Origin: Pseudobutyrivibrio sp.
GTDB lineage: Bacteria > Bacillota > Clostridia > Oscillospirales > Oscillospiraceae
Reading direction: 5' to 3'
Length of the DNA stretch: 64,000 bases
Assembly (NCBI GenBank): GCA_963605115.1
Contig: CAVCTM010000003.1
Span: forward strand, 1,440 to 65,439
The position numbers were made by a program, and so were the translations under genes. Positions 46,307 through 54,588 of this stretch are shown piece after piece (within the stretch, counting starts at the first letter, position 1; every line of letters begins with the position of its first letter). Below the pieces are notes generated by a model, which was not told the origin of the DNA, ran no database searches, and was given only the letters and a program-made list of their open reading frames with translations.

Positions 46307-46682
46307 AATTTTGTGCGAAATTGTAAAAAAACACGAGCCGCACGAAAACACGGCGGGTTTGGAATTTTGGGCGAAACGCGGCTGCTATATGGCTGACTGC
46401 GCGCGTGCGGTTTTGTTGTGTTTTACCTGCGGTTGCTTCGCAGCTTGAACTGAGCAGTCTGATGCTGTGCCGTTACCATCGTTTAAAACAAGAGCACACG
46501 CGGTTTTGGCGGTCCCAGCGGCGATCCAAGCCACTTCATCAGCTGATGAGACTTTTTCATGGTCAGTCTGTGGCTTGAGTGCTCCTCTAACTGCCTCTGA
46601 ATTGCTCGTGCATTTTTGCACCAAATCAAGCCGCCAGAAACCGGTGTCCTTTCTGCTCTGATGGTGGCGCAAATGATTTGTT

Positions 46683-46710
46683 GTTATACCAATAGTTAAA
46701 ACTTTGACAA
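46683..46710 (-). promoter_or_regulatory. possible promoter firing into the low-GC non-coding tail
   Basis: Minus strand: TTGTCA, 16-nt spacer, TATAAC. No convincing ORF lies downstream. Confidence 0.3.
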
Positions 46711-46717
46711 ATGGTAT

Positions 46718-46755
46718 AAAGCGACAGGAGGGGCTTGATCCCCTCCTGTCGCTTT
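46718..46755. terminator. terminator hairpin after the NTF2-like gene
   Basis: 16-bp stem AAAGCGACAGGAGGGG/CCCCTCCTGTCGCTTT with loop CTTGAT. T-rich flanks on both strands. Confidence 0.75.
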
Positions 46756-47128
46756 ATTTGATCTTTTTGCCGATTTTCAGCTCCTGCCGCCACGCGGGTG
46801 GCGGACCGTCGTCGCCCCAGTATTCGTCGAGCGCTGCGATTTTCCCATCGCGTACACGGAAAAACGACACGGCATGGAACGATGCCGAGCGGTCACGCAG
46901 CCAGACGTGCGTCGCTGTTACGATGCAGTCCCCCGCCGGGACAATGCGTTCGACCTCCCCTTCCCACTCGCCGGGGTATTCGCAGTTCGCGCGGAGATAC
47001 TCTTCCACGGTAAACCGCTCGTTCGTGTTGTGCCAGCACACGGCGGCGTCCCGACAGAAACAGTCCCGCATTGCCGCAGCGTCCTGCCGCAGTACGGCGG
47101 ACCAGAACGCCTCTACATTCAGCTCCAT
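46754..47128 (-). CDS. nuclear transport factor 2 (SnoaL-like) family protein
   Basis: MELNVEAFWSAVLRQDAAAMRDCF... about 124 aa. GGGGAGGGGG RBS. The track ORF extends upstream into radA. Confidence 0.6.
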   Translation of the reverse strand: MELNVEAFWSAVLRQDAAAMRDCFCRDAAVCWHNTNERFTVEEYLRANCEYPGEWEGEVERIVPAGDCIVTATHVWLRDRSASFHAVSFFRVRDGKIAALDEYWGDDGPPPAWRQELKIGKKIK

Positions 47129-47142
47129 AGCCCCCTCCCCGC

Positions 47143-48510
47143 TCACAGCACAGCGTCGATGGCGTCGCGGACATTGCGGACCGGGATCAGCTCCAGACCG
47201 GCAGGCGCGGCGATCTCGCCGCGGACGTGGGCTGGAATGACACATTTTTTGAAGCCGAGGCGCGCGACCTCGGTCAGGCGCTGATTGAGCGCGCTCACGG
47301 AGCGGATCTCACCGGTAAGCCCGACCTCGCCGATGGCGGTGGTGTCGTAGCTGATGACGCGGTCGCGCGCGCTGGAGGCGAGCGCCAGCACCGTCGCGAG
47401 GTCCGCGGCGGGCTCGTCCAGCTCCAGACCGCCGATGACGTTGATATAGGCGTCGCTGCCGCTGAGCGTGATGCCGCCGCGCTTTTCCATGACGGCGAGC
47501 AGCAGCACGGCGCGGTTATAATCCATGCCGTTCGTGTTGCGCCGCGCGCCGGCGAAGCCGGAGGGAGCGACGAGCGCCTGAATTTCCGCCAGAATGGGCC
47601 GCGTGCCCTCCATCACACAGGTGACGCAGGTGCCGGGGCAGTTTTTCGGACGACCGGAGAGCAGCATTTCGGAGGGGTTCGGCACCTCGGCGAGACCGTT
47701 ATCGACCATCTCGAACACGCCGATCTCGTTCGTGGAGCCAAAGCGGTTTTTCGCCGCGCGCAATATGCGGTAGGTCATCGCGCGGTCGCCCTCAAAATAG
47801 AGCACGCAGTCCACCATGTGCTCCAGCACCTTCGGACCCGCGATCGCGCCCTCTTTGTTGACGTGACCGACGACGAAGCAGGTAAAGCCGCTGCTTTTCG
47901 CCGTCTGCATCAGTGCCATGGCGCAGTCCTTGACCTGACTGACGCTGCCCGGACCGCTCGTGAGATCACCGTTGAACATGGTCTGGATGGAGTCGATGAT
48001 AACGACGTCCGGCTTCAGTTCGTCGATCGAGCGGAGCACATTGTCGAGGTTTGTCTCGGCGAGAACGTAGAGATTCTCCTTTTCCACGCCGAGACGCTGG
48101 GCGCGCAGCTTGAGCTGGCGCTGACTCTCCTCGCCGGTGACGTAGAGCACGCGCATCGCATCGTCCAGCAGCCCGCAGATCTGGAGCAGCAGCGTGGATT
48201 TGCCGATGCCCGGCGCGCCGCCGACGAGCACCATGGAGCCGACGACGGCACCGCCGCCGAGCACGCGGTCCAGCTCGCCCATACCGGTGGAAAACCGGAT
48301 CTCCTCCTGCGTGTCGACCTCACAAATCCGCTTCGGGCGGTTCAAGCCGGCGGCGCCCGCCGCCTTGACCGCGCCTGCCTTGCTCTTGTTCGGCGTGTCC
48401 GCCGGAGCCTCCACGACCGTGTTCCAGCGACCGCACGCAGGGCACTGACCGAACCATTTCGCCGTCTCATTGCCGCACTCCGTGCAGTAAAACTTTGTTT
48501 TGTCTTTCAT
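47143..48510 (-). CDS. radA: DNA repair protein RadA/Sms
   Basis: Zinc finger YCTECGNETAKWFGQCPACGRWNT, Walker A GGAPGIGKST, KNRFG motif and a Lon-like C-terminal domain. Confidence 0.93.
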   Translation of the reverse strand: MKDKTKFYCTECGNETAKWFGQCPACGRWNTVVEAPADTPNKSKAGAVKAAGAAGLNRPKRICEVDTQEEIRFSTGMGELDRVLGGGAVVGSMVLVGGAPGIGKSTLLLQICGLLDDAMRVLYVTGEESQRQLKLRAQRLGVEKENLYVLAETNLDNVLRSIDELKPDVVIIDSIQTMFNGDLTSGPGSVSQVKDCAMALMQTAKSSGFTCFVVGHVNKEGAIAGPKVLEHMVDCVLYFEGDRAMTYRILRAAKNRFGSTNEIGVFEMVDNGLAEVPNPSEMLLSGRPKNCPGTCVTCVMEGTRPILAEIQALVAPSGFAGARRNTNGMDYNRAVLLLAVMEKRGGITLSGSDAYINVIGGLELDEPAADLATVLALASSARDRVISYDTTAIGEVGLTGEIRSVSALNQRLTEVARLGFKKCVIPAHVRGEIAAPAGLELIPVRNVRDAIDAVL

Positions 48511-48538
48511 ATCGGAATCTCCTTGGTGTGATGGTTTT

Positions 48539-49240
48539 TCAGATTTCCGCGCCGAGAAATTGCAGATACGATGCCGCGAGCACAAGCGCGAGCTGCGTCT
48601 GGCAGTCCGGCGTTTTGAGCCGGGCGAGCTCCTCCGGGTTTGAGAGAAAGCCGCACTCGACTAAAACGGCGGGACAGCGGACGCTTTTCATCAGATAGAT
48701 GCTGTCCGAGATCGGCGCGGCGACGCGGCGGTTATCCGGGCAGAGGCAGCGCGTCAGCGCGTCCTGCACCAGCGCGGCGAGCGCCTCGGAGCCCTCCTCC
48801 CTGCCGTAAAGCGCCTGCGCGCCGTGGGGACGGGTGTCCGGAAATTTGTTCTGGTGGATGCTGATGAGCACCGCATTCGGCAGCGCATTGATGAGTGCGA
48901 CGCGCTGCTGCTGGTCCCAGACCTTTTTCGCGTGGATCGTGGACGCAGACTCCGGATAATCGAGCGCCTCGGCGCTGCGCGTCAGAGTGCTGGGCAGACC
49001 GAGCAGCCCGGCGGCAGCCTTCATCCGCAGCGCGATCGCGAGGTTGATCCCGCTCTCTACGGTGCCGTCCGCCGCGACCGCACCGCCGTCCGCGCCGCCG
49101 TGACCTGCGTCGATGACGAGCACGCTGGCGCTTTCCAGCGCGGCGGGAACAGCGGCGCGGCGCGGTGCGGCATGGAACATTATCGCAGTTATCCCGGCAA
49201 AAAGCAAGGCGGCGGAGACGCAAATGAGCCTTTTTTTCAA
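48539..49240 (-). CDS. cwlD: N-acetylmuramoyl-L-alanine amidase, CwlD-like (germination-specific)
   Basis: N-terminal TM. VIDAGHGGADGGAV, SIHQN and VECGFLSNPEE parallel B. subtilis CwlD. Adjacent to spoIVA. Confidence 0.65.
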   Translation of the reverse strand: MKKRLICVSAALLFAGITAIMFHAAPRRAAVPAALESASVLVIDAGHGGADGGAVAADGTVESGINLAIALRMKAAAGLLGLPSTLTRSAEALDYPESASTIHAKKVWDQQQRVALINALPNAVLISIHQNKFPDTRPHGAQALYGREEGSEALAALVQDALTRCLCPDNRRVAAPISDSIYLMKSVRCPAVLVECGFLSNPEELARLKTPDCQTQLALVLAASYLQFLGAEI

Positions 49241-49255
49241 AGTTTTTCCGTGCTT

Positions 49256-50740
49256 TCAGAGCAGAATGCAGATGAGTCCGCCGCTGCCCTCATTGATGAT
49301 GCGCTGCACGGTGCATTGCAGCTTGCTCTGCGCGTCGTCCGGCATGGCGCGGATCTTGTTGGTGAGCCCCTCCCCTGCAATATCGTTCAGGGACTTGCCA
49401 AAAATGTTGCTCTCCCAGATGCGGTTGATATCGCCGTCGTAGCCCTGAAGCAGGAAGTTGATGACCTCCTCGGAGGCTTTTTCGCCGCCGATGGCGGGAG
49501 AGACCTCCGTCTCAATATTCGCCATGATCATATGAATGCTCGGTGCGCTCGCCTTCAGCTTCACGCCGTAGCGCCCTCCCTGCCGCACGATCTGCGGCTC
49601 GGCGAGGGTCATCTCCTCGATCGTCGGCATCACGATGCCGTAGCCCTTGGTGCGCACGTCCTCAAGTGCCTCGTGAACGCGCTCATACTCTCCTTTCAGC
49701 CCGCTGACGGAGCGGAGCAGCGCCATCAGGTCGCGGTCGGAGCGGATCTCGAAGCCGGATTCGCTGCTGAGCGTTTCATAATAGAGCTGCGGCAGCAGCG
49801 CCACGGACACGCGGACGCAGCCGCAGCCGAGCTCCAGCGCGTTCACCTCCGCGCGCTCCACACTTCCGTTCTCGCGGATGGCGGCGGCGAGGTGCTCAGC
49901 ATCGCCGATCGTTTCGATCCCCTCCGCCGTGGACAGGATCGTGCCGTAAAGCGCGCTGCGCACCTCGTTTTCCGCGCTGAGCGCGTCCATCCATGCCGGG
50001 AGCGTGATCTCATAGCGCTGCACCGGGAACTCATAGAGCAGGTCACGCAGCAGCGCGGCAAAGTCCTCCGCCTCCAGCTGCTGGCAGTTCACAGGGACAC
50101 AGCGGCGGCCGTAGCGCACCTCCAGCTCCGCGGCGAGCGCCTGAGAGCCCTCGCTCTCCGGCTCGGCGCAGTTGAGCAGAATGAGATAGGGCTTGCCGAT
50201 CGCGGCGAGCTCCTGCGCGGCGCGCTCCTCCGGCGCGGCGTAATCCTCGCGTGCGATGCCGCTGATGCTGCCGTCCGTCGTGACAAGGATCCCGACGGTG
50301 GAGTGGTCCGCGATGACGCGGCGCGTCCCCTCCTCGGCTGCCTGCGTCATGGGGATCTCGTGGTCATACCACGGCGTCATCACCTGCCGCTCCCTGCCGT
50401 CCTCCAGGTTTCCCATCGCGCCGTTCACCATATATCCCACGCTGTCCACCAGCCGCACGCGGCAGACGCTTCCCTCGCCGAGCGAGAGCTCTACGGGCTT
50501 TTCCGGCACGAATTTCGGCTCCGCGGTCATAATGGTGCGGCCGGAGCCGCTCTGCGGCAGCTCGTCGCGGGCGCGCTCGCGTGCATAAACGTCGTCCAGT
50601 CCCGGCAGCACCATCGTCTCCATAAAACGCTTGATAAAGGTGGATTTTCCGGTGCGTACCGGTCCGACAACGCCGATATAGATGCTGCCGCCCGTGCGCT
50701 CCGCCATCTCCTGATAAATTGCGGTCTCGGTCATGATCAT
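49256..50740 (-). CDS. spoIVA: stage IV sporulation protein A
   Basis: IYQEMAERTGGSIYIGVVGPVRTGKSTFIKRFME Walker A N-terminus. 494 aa from ATG 50740, after GGAGGA. Confidence 0.92.
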   Translation of the reverse strand: MIMTETAIYQEMAERTGGSIYIGVVGPVRTGKSTFIKRFMETMVLPGLDDVYARERARDELPQSGSGRTIMTAEPKFVPEKPVELSLGEGSVCRVRLVDSVGYMVNGAMGNLEDGRERQVMTPWYDHEIPMTQAAEEGTRRVIADHSTVGILVTTDGSISGIAREDYAAPEERAAQELAAIGKPYLILLNCAEPESEGSQALAAELEVRYGRRCVPVNCQQLEAEDFAALLRDLLYEFPVQRYEITLPAWMDALSAENEVRSALYGTILSTAEGIETIGDAEHLAAAIRENGSVERAEVNALELGCGCVRVSVALLPQLYYETLSSESGFEIRSDRDLMALLRSVSGLKGEYERVHEALEDVRTKGYGIVMPTIEEMTLAEPQIVRQGGRYGVKLKASAPSIHMIMANIETEVSPAIGGEKASEEVINFLLQGYDGDINRIWESNIFGKSLNDIAGEGLTNKIRAMPDDAQSKLQCTVQRIINEGSGGLICILL

Positions 50741-50865
50741 CCCGTCCTCCGTTTTTGGCGATATGCCTTGATTTGTACAAGGATATGCTTTTCCAAAAGC
50801 AGCTATGACCAAAAAAGACGTCCGGGCTAAAAGCCCGGACGCCTCTTTTAACTGTAAGGGGTGAA

Positions 50866-53800
50866 TCACCCAAGCGTGACCCAGATCGCGGCGCGGATGC
50901 CGCCTTCAGGATCGGTGACGCCCTCCGTGGGACCGTGGTAGTCGATCTGACCGTTCGCGGTGACGCATGCCTGAACGTCCTTGGCCTCGCCGGGAGAACG
51001 CAGGTGCCACCAGCAGGCGTTGCCCTCGCTGTCCTTCGCGACCGTAACGCCGGTGAAGTCAAGGAGGTAAACGCCCGCCTCGTCCAGACTCAGCAGGAAC
51101 ACCTTGTCGGTCGTGGCGTTGCCGCCGCGGATGCCGTACTTGGAGTTGGACTTGTTATCGAGCGTGACCTCGGCGATCTTCGCCTTTTCCTCGGCGGAGA
51201 AGGTCTTCTCATAGAACTCACCGTTCAGATAAGCGCGCAGCTCGCTCTCCTCCCAAGTAACATCGCCGCCGGCGGCGTGGTAAGCGCGCTTTTCGAGCAC
51301 GTCCTGACTCAGAAGCAGGGTCTTGCCGTCCTTCTTATCAATGGCGTACCACTTGATGCCGGCAAACTCCACAGTGGCGTAGTAGTCGGCGATGCTGCCG
51401 CCGCCGGTCTGACCGCCGCTGGTCTTGTCGCTCGTCTTGCCAGCCTGCATATCGCGCAGCAGCTCGGCGGAGACCTTCACAAATTCCTCCGCGCAGCCGG
51501 CAGCGCCGCCGGCGCGCTTGGCTTCCCAAGTGTCGCGCTCATAGCCCTTCTCATCGGGCATGTACTTCTGGTCGCCGTTTAAGAAGCTGACGAGCAGGGT
51601 GTGCTTGTAGGGAGAAGCCTCCCAGAGCTGGAGCTCAGTGACGGCGTTGACCTCAGGCTTGAAGCCGACGAGGGCGACGTCCTTGCCGATCTGAAGCCCG
51701 GTGACGTCCACGGTGATCTCGCCGTCGCCCGCCTTGTTCGCCCAAGTGAAGCTCGTGGCGGACTGGAGCAGCTCCGGCGCGTTGTCGGTGCAGGCGATGT
51801 CCTTCGCGATGGCGATGGCATCGGTGCCCATGACCTCGCCCTGCTCCTCCATGAGGGCGATGCCCTCCTCGACGCTCAGCTTGACCTCCTTGGCCTCGCC
51901 GTTCTCATCGAGCTCATAGTACATGGCGGTCTTCGCCGGGATCTGGTCGCCGGCGGCGGGCATGCAGAACATCGCCGGAACGCCGAATTCCTTCTCCATC
52001 ATGACGCAGGCATAGCCCGGAACGTCCGCGGAGATCTTACGGGTGTTGGTTTCCTTCTCAACGTTGTCGATGCAGGTCGGCTTGATGCCGTAGCTGATAA
52101 AGAAGCCGATGGGCTTGCCGTCCAAAGAGTCGAAGCGGAGAATGGTCATGGTCTTGTTGCTCTCAAGCTCGCTGCCGAGACCGTAGTACCATTTGCCGCC
52201 CAGCTCAATGTCGCGGTTGGCGTTGACGTCGCAGGTGCCGGTGCCGACGCCCATGACGGCGGGCTGATAGCTCTCAGCCGCCTGCTCCGCCGCGGCGGTG
52301 ATCGCGTCGCGGACGCTCTTCAGATACATTTCGTTCTTGTCCTGCTCGCTGGGGGCGTGCATGGTCGTGATGGCGTGGGTGGCGTGGACCCAAATGCGGC
52401 TTTCGGGAACGCCGCACTTCTCGCTGACGACCTGCTTGCAGATCTGGATGGCTTCGCTGGAAGCGTTGACCAGCTCCAGAGAGACGATGGCGCTCTTCGT
52501 GCCTTTGCCGAGGACGAGCACGCGGGCGTAAGGATCGTCGTTGACCTCTCCGCTGAAGCCCTCCATCGGGAACATCGCCGCGTCGAACTTCATCGCCGCC
52601 GCGCCCGCGCCAGCCTTCAGGACGACGTTCTTGGCGGAGGTGATGTTCACGGTGCTCGCAGCGTCGTCCCAGCTGACCTCGCAGCCGAGCGCCTCGCAGA
52701 CGGCACGGATGGGCAGATAGGTGCTGCCGTTCAGGATGAACGGCTCGACGGTCTTGCCGTTAGCGTCCGTCGGGGTGATGACGCTGCCGTTGATCTCGAT
52801 CTTGATGCCGCGATAGGTAACGTTCGCGGTCAGGGTCTCATTGTGGCCCGTGTAGGGCTTGCTCGCCGCCTCGCAGCGGTTTTTGATGTTGGTGAGCATC
52901 TCGGCGGAGACCTCCACGAACTTTTCTGCGCAGCCGGCAGCGCCGCCGGCGCGCTTGGCTTCCCAAGTGTTGCGCTCATAGGCCTTCTCATCGGGCATAT
53001 ACTTCTGGTCGCCGTTCAGGAAGCTGACGAGCAGGGTGTTCTCATACGGGGACTTCTCCCAGAGCTGAAGCTCGGTGATGGCGTTGACCTCAGGCTTGAA
53101 GCCGACGAGGGCGACATCCTTGCCGATCTGCATGCCGGAGACCGCGATCGCGACCTCGCCGTCGCCGGCTTTGGTCGGATAGGTGAAAGCGGTGTTCTGC
53201 ACGGCGATCTCAGGGGTCCTGTCGGTGCAGGTGATGCCCTTCGCGATAGCGATGGCGTCGTCGCCCATGACCTTGCCCTGCTTTTCCATCAGAGCGATGC
53301 CCTCGCCGACGGTCAGCTGGACCTCTTTGGCTTCGCCGTTCTCATCGAGCTCCCAGTACATGGCGGTCTCCGCCGGGATCTGGTCGCCGGCAGCCGGCAT
53401 GCAGAACATCGCCGGAGCGCCGAACTCCTTCTCCATCATAACGCAGGCATAGCCCGGAACGTCCGCGGAGATCTTGCGGGTGTTCTGGGATTTTTCAACG
53501 TTGTCGATGCAGGTCGGCTTGATGCCGTAGCTGATGAAGAAGCCGATGGGCTTGCCGTCCAGAGAGTCGAAGCGCAGAATGGTCATGGTCTTGTTGCTCT
53601 CAAGCTCGCTGCCGAGACCGTAGTACCACTGACCGTTCAGCTCAATGTCGCGGTTGGCGTTGACGTCGCAGGTGCCGGTGCCGACGCCCATGACGGCGGG
53701 CTGATAGCTCTCAGCCGCCTGCTCCGCCGCGGCGGTGATCGCGTCGCGGACGCTCTTCAGATACATTTCGTTCTTGTCCTGCTCGCTGGGGGCGTGCATG

Positions 53801-54369
53801 GTCGTGATGGCGTGGGTGGCGTGGACCCAGATGCGGCTTTCGGGAACGCCGCACTTCTCGCTCACGACTTCCTTGCAGATCTGGATCGCCTCGGCGGAGG
53901 CGTTGACCAGCTCAAGGGAGACGATCGCGGTCCTGGTGTTGCTGCCGAGGACGAGCACGCGGGCGTAGGGGTCATCGTTGACCTCGCCGCTGAAGCCCTC
54001 TACCGGGAACATCGCCGCGTCGAACTTCATCGCCGCCGCGCCTGCGCCGGCATAGAGCTCGTCGGTGCTCTCCGTGTCCGCAGACTCAATGGAGACGGTG
54101 CTGGTCGCGTCCGTCCACTTGACGTCGCAGCCGAGCGCCTCCGCCACGGCACGGACCGGAAGATAGGTGCTGTCATTCAGAATGACAGGCTCCGTCACCG
54201 CGCCCGTCACGTCGGTCGGGGTGATGGTCTCTCCGTCGATGGAGATCTGGATGCTGCGGTAAGTAAGCGAAGCGGCGCCGCCGTTCGTACCGTCCGCAGA
54301 TGCGGTGACCGGCGCTGCCACAAGGCAGATCACCAGAATGACCGCAAGCCATCTGCTGAGTTTTTTCAT
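50866..54369 (-). CDS. secreted multidomain protein: 2 x (copper-amine-oxidase-N-like stalk + ~390-aa uncharacterised domain) + C-terminal DUF6273-like domain
   Basis: Signal peptide MKKLSRWLAVILVICLVAAPVTASA. Two TYLPxRAVxEALGC modules. C-terminal WEESELRAYLN..VFLLSLDEA..WWHLRSPG pattern. Confidence 0.75.
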   Translation of the reverse strand: MKKLSRWLAVILVICLVAAPVTASADGTNGGAASLTYRSIQISIDGETITPTDVTGAVTEPVILNDSTYLPVRAVAEALGCDVKWTDATSTVSIESADTESTDELYAGAGAAAMKFDAAMFPVEGFSGEVNDDPYARVLVLGSNTRTAIVSLELVNASAEAIQICKEVVSEKCGVPESRIWVHATHAITTMHAPSEQDKNEMYLKSVRDAITAAAEQAAESYQPAVMGVGTGTCDVNANRDIELNGQWYYGLGSELESNKTMTILRFDSLDGKPIGFFISYGIKPTCIDNVEKSQNTRKISADVPGYACVMMEKEFGAPAMFCMPAAGDQIPAETAMYWELDENGEAKEVQLTVGEGIALMEKQGKVMGDDAIAIAKGITCTDRTPEIAVQNTAFTYPTKAGDGEVAIAVSGMQIGKDVALVGFKPEVNAITELQLWEKSPYENTLLVSFLNGDQKYMPDEKAYERNTWEAKRAGGAAGCAEKFVEVSAEMLTNIKNRCEAASKPYTGHNETLTANVTYRGIKIEINGSVITPTDANGKTVEPFILNGSTYLPIRAVCEALGCEVSWDDAASTVNITSAKNVVLKAGAGAAAMKFDAAMFPMEGFSGEVNDDPYARVLVLGKGTKSAIVSLELVNASSEAIQICKQVVSEKCGVPESRIWVHATHAITTMHAPSEQDKNEMYLKSVRDAITAAAEQAAESYQPAVMGVGTGTCDVNANRDIELGGKWYYGLGSELESNKTMTILRFDSLDGKPIGFFISYGIKPTCIDNVEKETNTRKISADVPGYACVMMEKEFGVPAMFCMPAAGDQIPAKTAMYYELDENGEAKEVKLSVEEGIALMEEQGEVMGTDAIAIAKDIACTDNAPELLQSATSFTWANKAGDGEITVDVTGLQIGKDVALVGFKPEVNAVTELQLWEASPYKHTLLVSFLNGDQKYMPDEKGYERDTWEAKRAGGAAGCAEEFVKVSAELLRDMQAGKTSDKTSGGQTGGGSIADYYATVEFAGIKWYAIDKKDGKTLLLSQDVLEKRAYHAAGGDVTWEESELRAYLNGEFYEKTFSAEEKAKIAEVTLDNKSNSKYGIRGGNATTDKVFLLSLDEAGVYLLDFTGVTVAKDSEGNACWWHLRSPGEAKDVQACVTANGQIDYHGPTEGVTDPEGGIRAAIWVTLG
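51460..54267 (-). repeat. intragenic tandem duplication, period 1437 bp (479 codons)
   Basis: Copies at about 52897-54267 and 51460-52821. Long stretches are nucleotide-identical (for example 52264-52320 vs 53701-53757). Shadow ORFs 52298.. and 53735.. give near-identical peptides. Confidence 0.9.
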
Positions 54370-54494
54370 TGCTGTTCTCCTTCATACCCTTCTGTTTTTT
54401 GGCAGAAAAGCGCGACGAAATTTGTTAGATAAGTCAAATTTCTCCACTCTGATTCTGCCCTTCTTGTATAATACTACAACACATAGCAAAAAGC

Positions 54495-54533
54495 AAGGTG
54501 GAAAAAAGCGACAAAAGGTGGAAAATAACGACA
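54495..54533. repeat. tandem direct repeat AAGGTGGAAAA(A/T)A(G/A)CGACA x2
   Basis: Copies at 54495-54513 and 54515-54533, 17/19 identical. Lies between the SPFH-operon terminator and the giant gene. Confidence 0.7.
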
Positions 54534-54564
54534 TAAGCGCCCTGCCGTTCGGCAGGGCGCTTAT
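54533..54564 (-). terminator. terminator of the zinc-ribbon/TPM/SPFH operon
   Basis: 14-bp stem ATAAGCGCCCTGCC/GGCAGGGCGCTTAT with a moderately T-rich tail on the minus strand. Confidence 0.65.
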
Positions 54565-54588
54565 GTGCTTAAGTGAAGTCGGTTTTTA

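Noticed and set aside
46385-46672. 95-aa minus-strand ORF in the low-GC tail of the Rep region.
   Set aside because: It has a TTG start with no RBS, no internal Met and weak third-position bias. It more likely lies in non-coding origin or ncRNA sequence, or is a gene fragment.
46734-46740. Second CTTGAT(C) in the loop of the 46718-46755 hairpin, as a Rep termination site that would define a 1909-nt rolling-circle unit starting at the 44828 nick.
   Set aside because: A 6-mer is expected about 0.5 times per 2 kb per strand, and the hairpin is fully explained as the terminator of the NTF2-like gene. Kept only as a testable aside.
42597-46755. Classical tRNA-linked genomic island (tRNA-Arg to the radA side).
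   Set aside because: There is no integrase gene. I could not find a direct repeat of the tRNA 3' end downstream. The ATPase-like and amidase-like genes have host-like GC.
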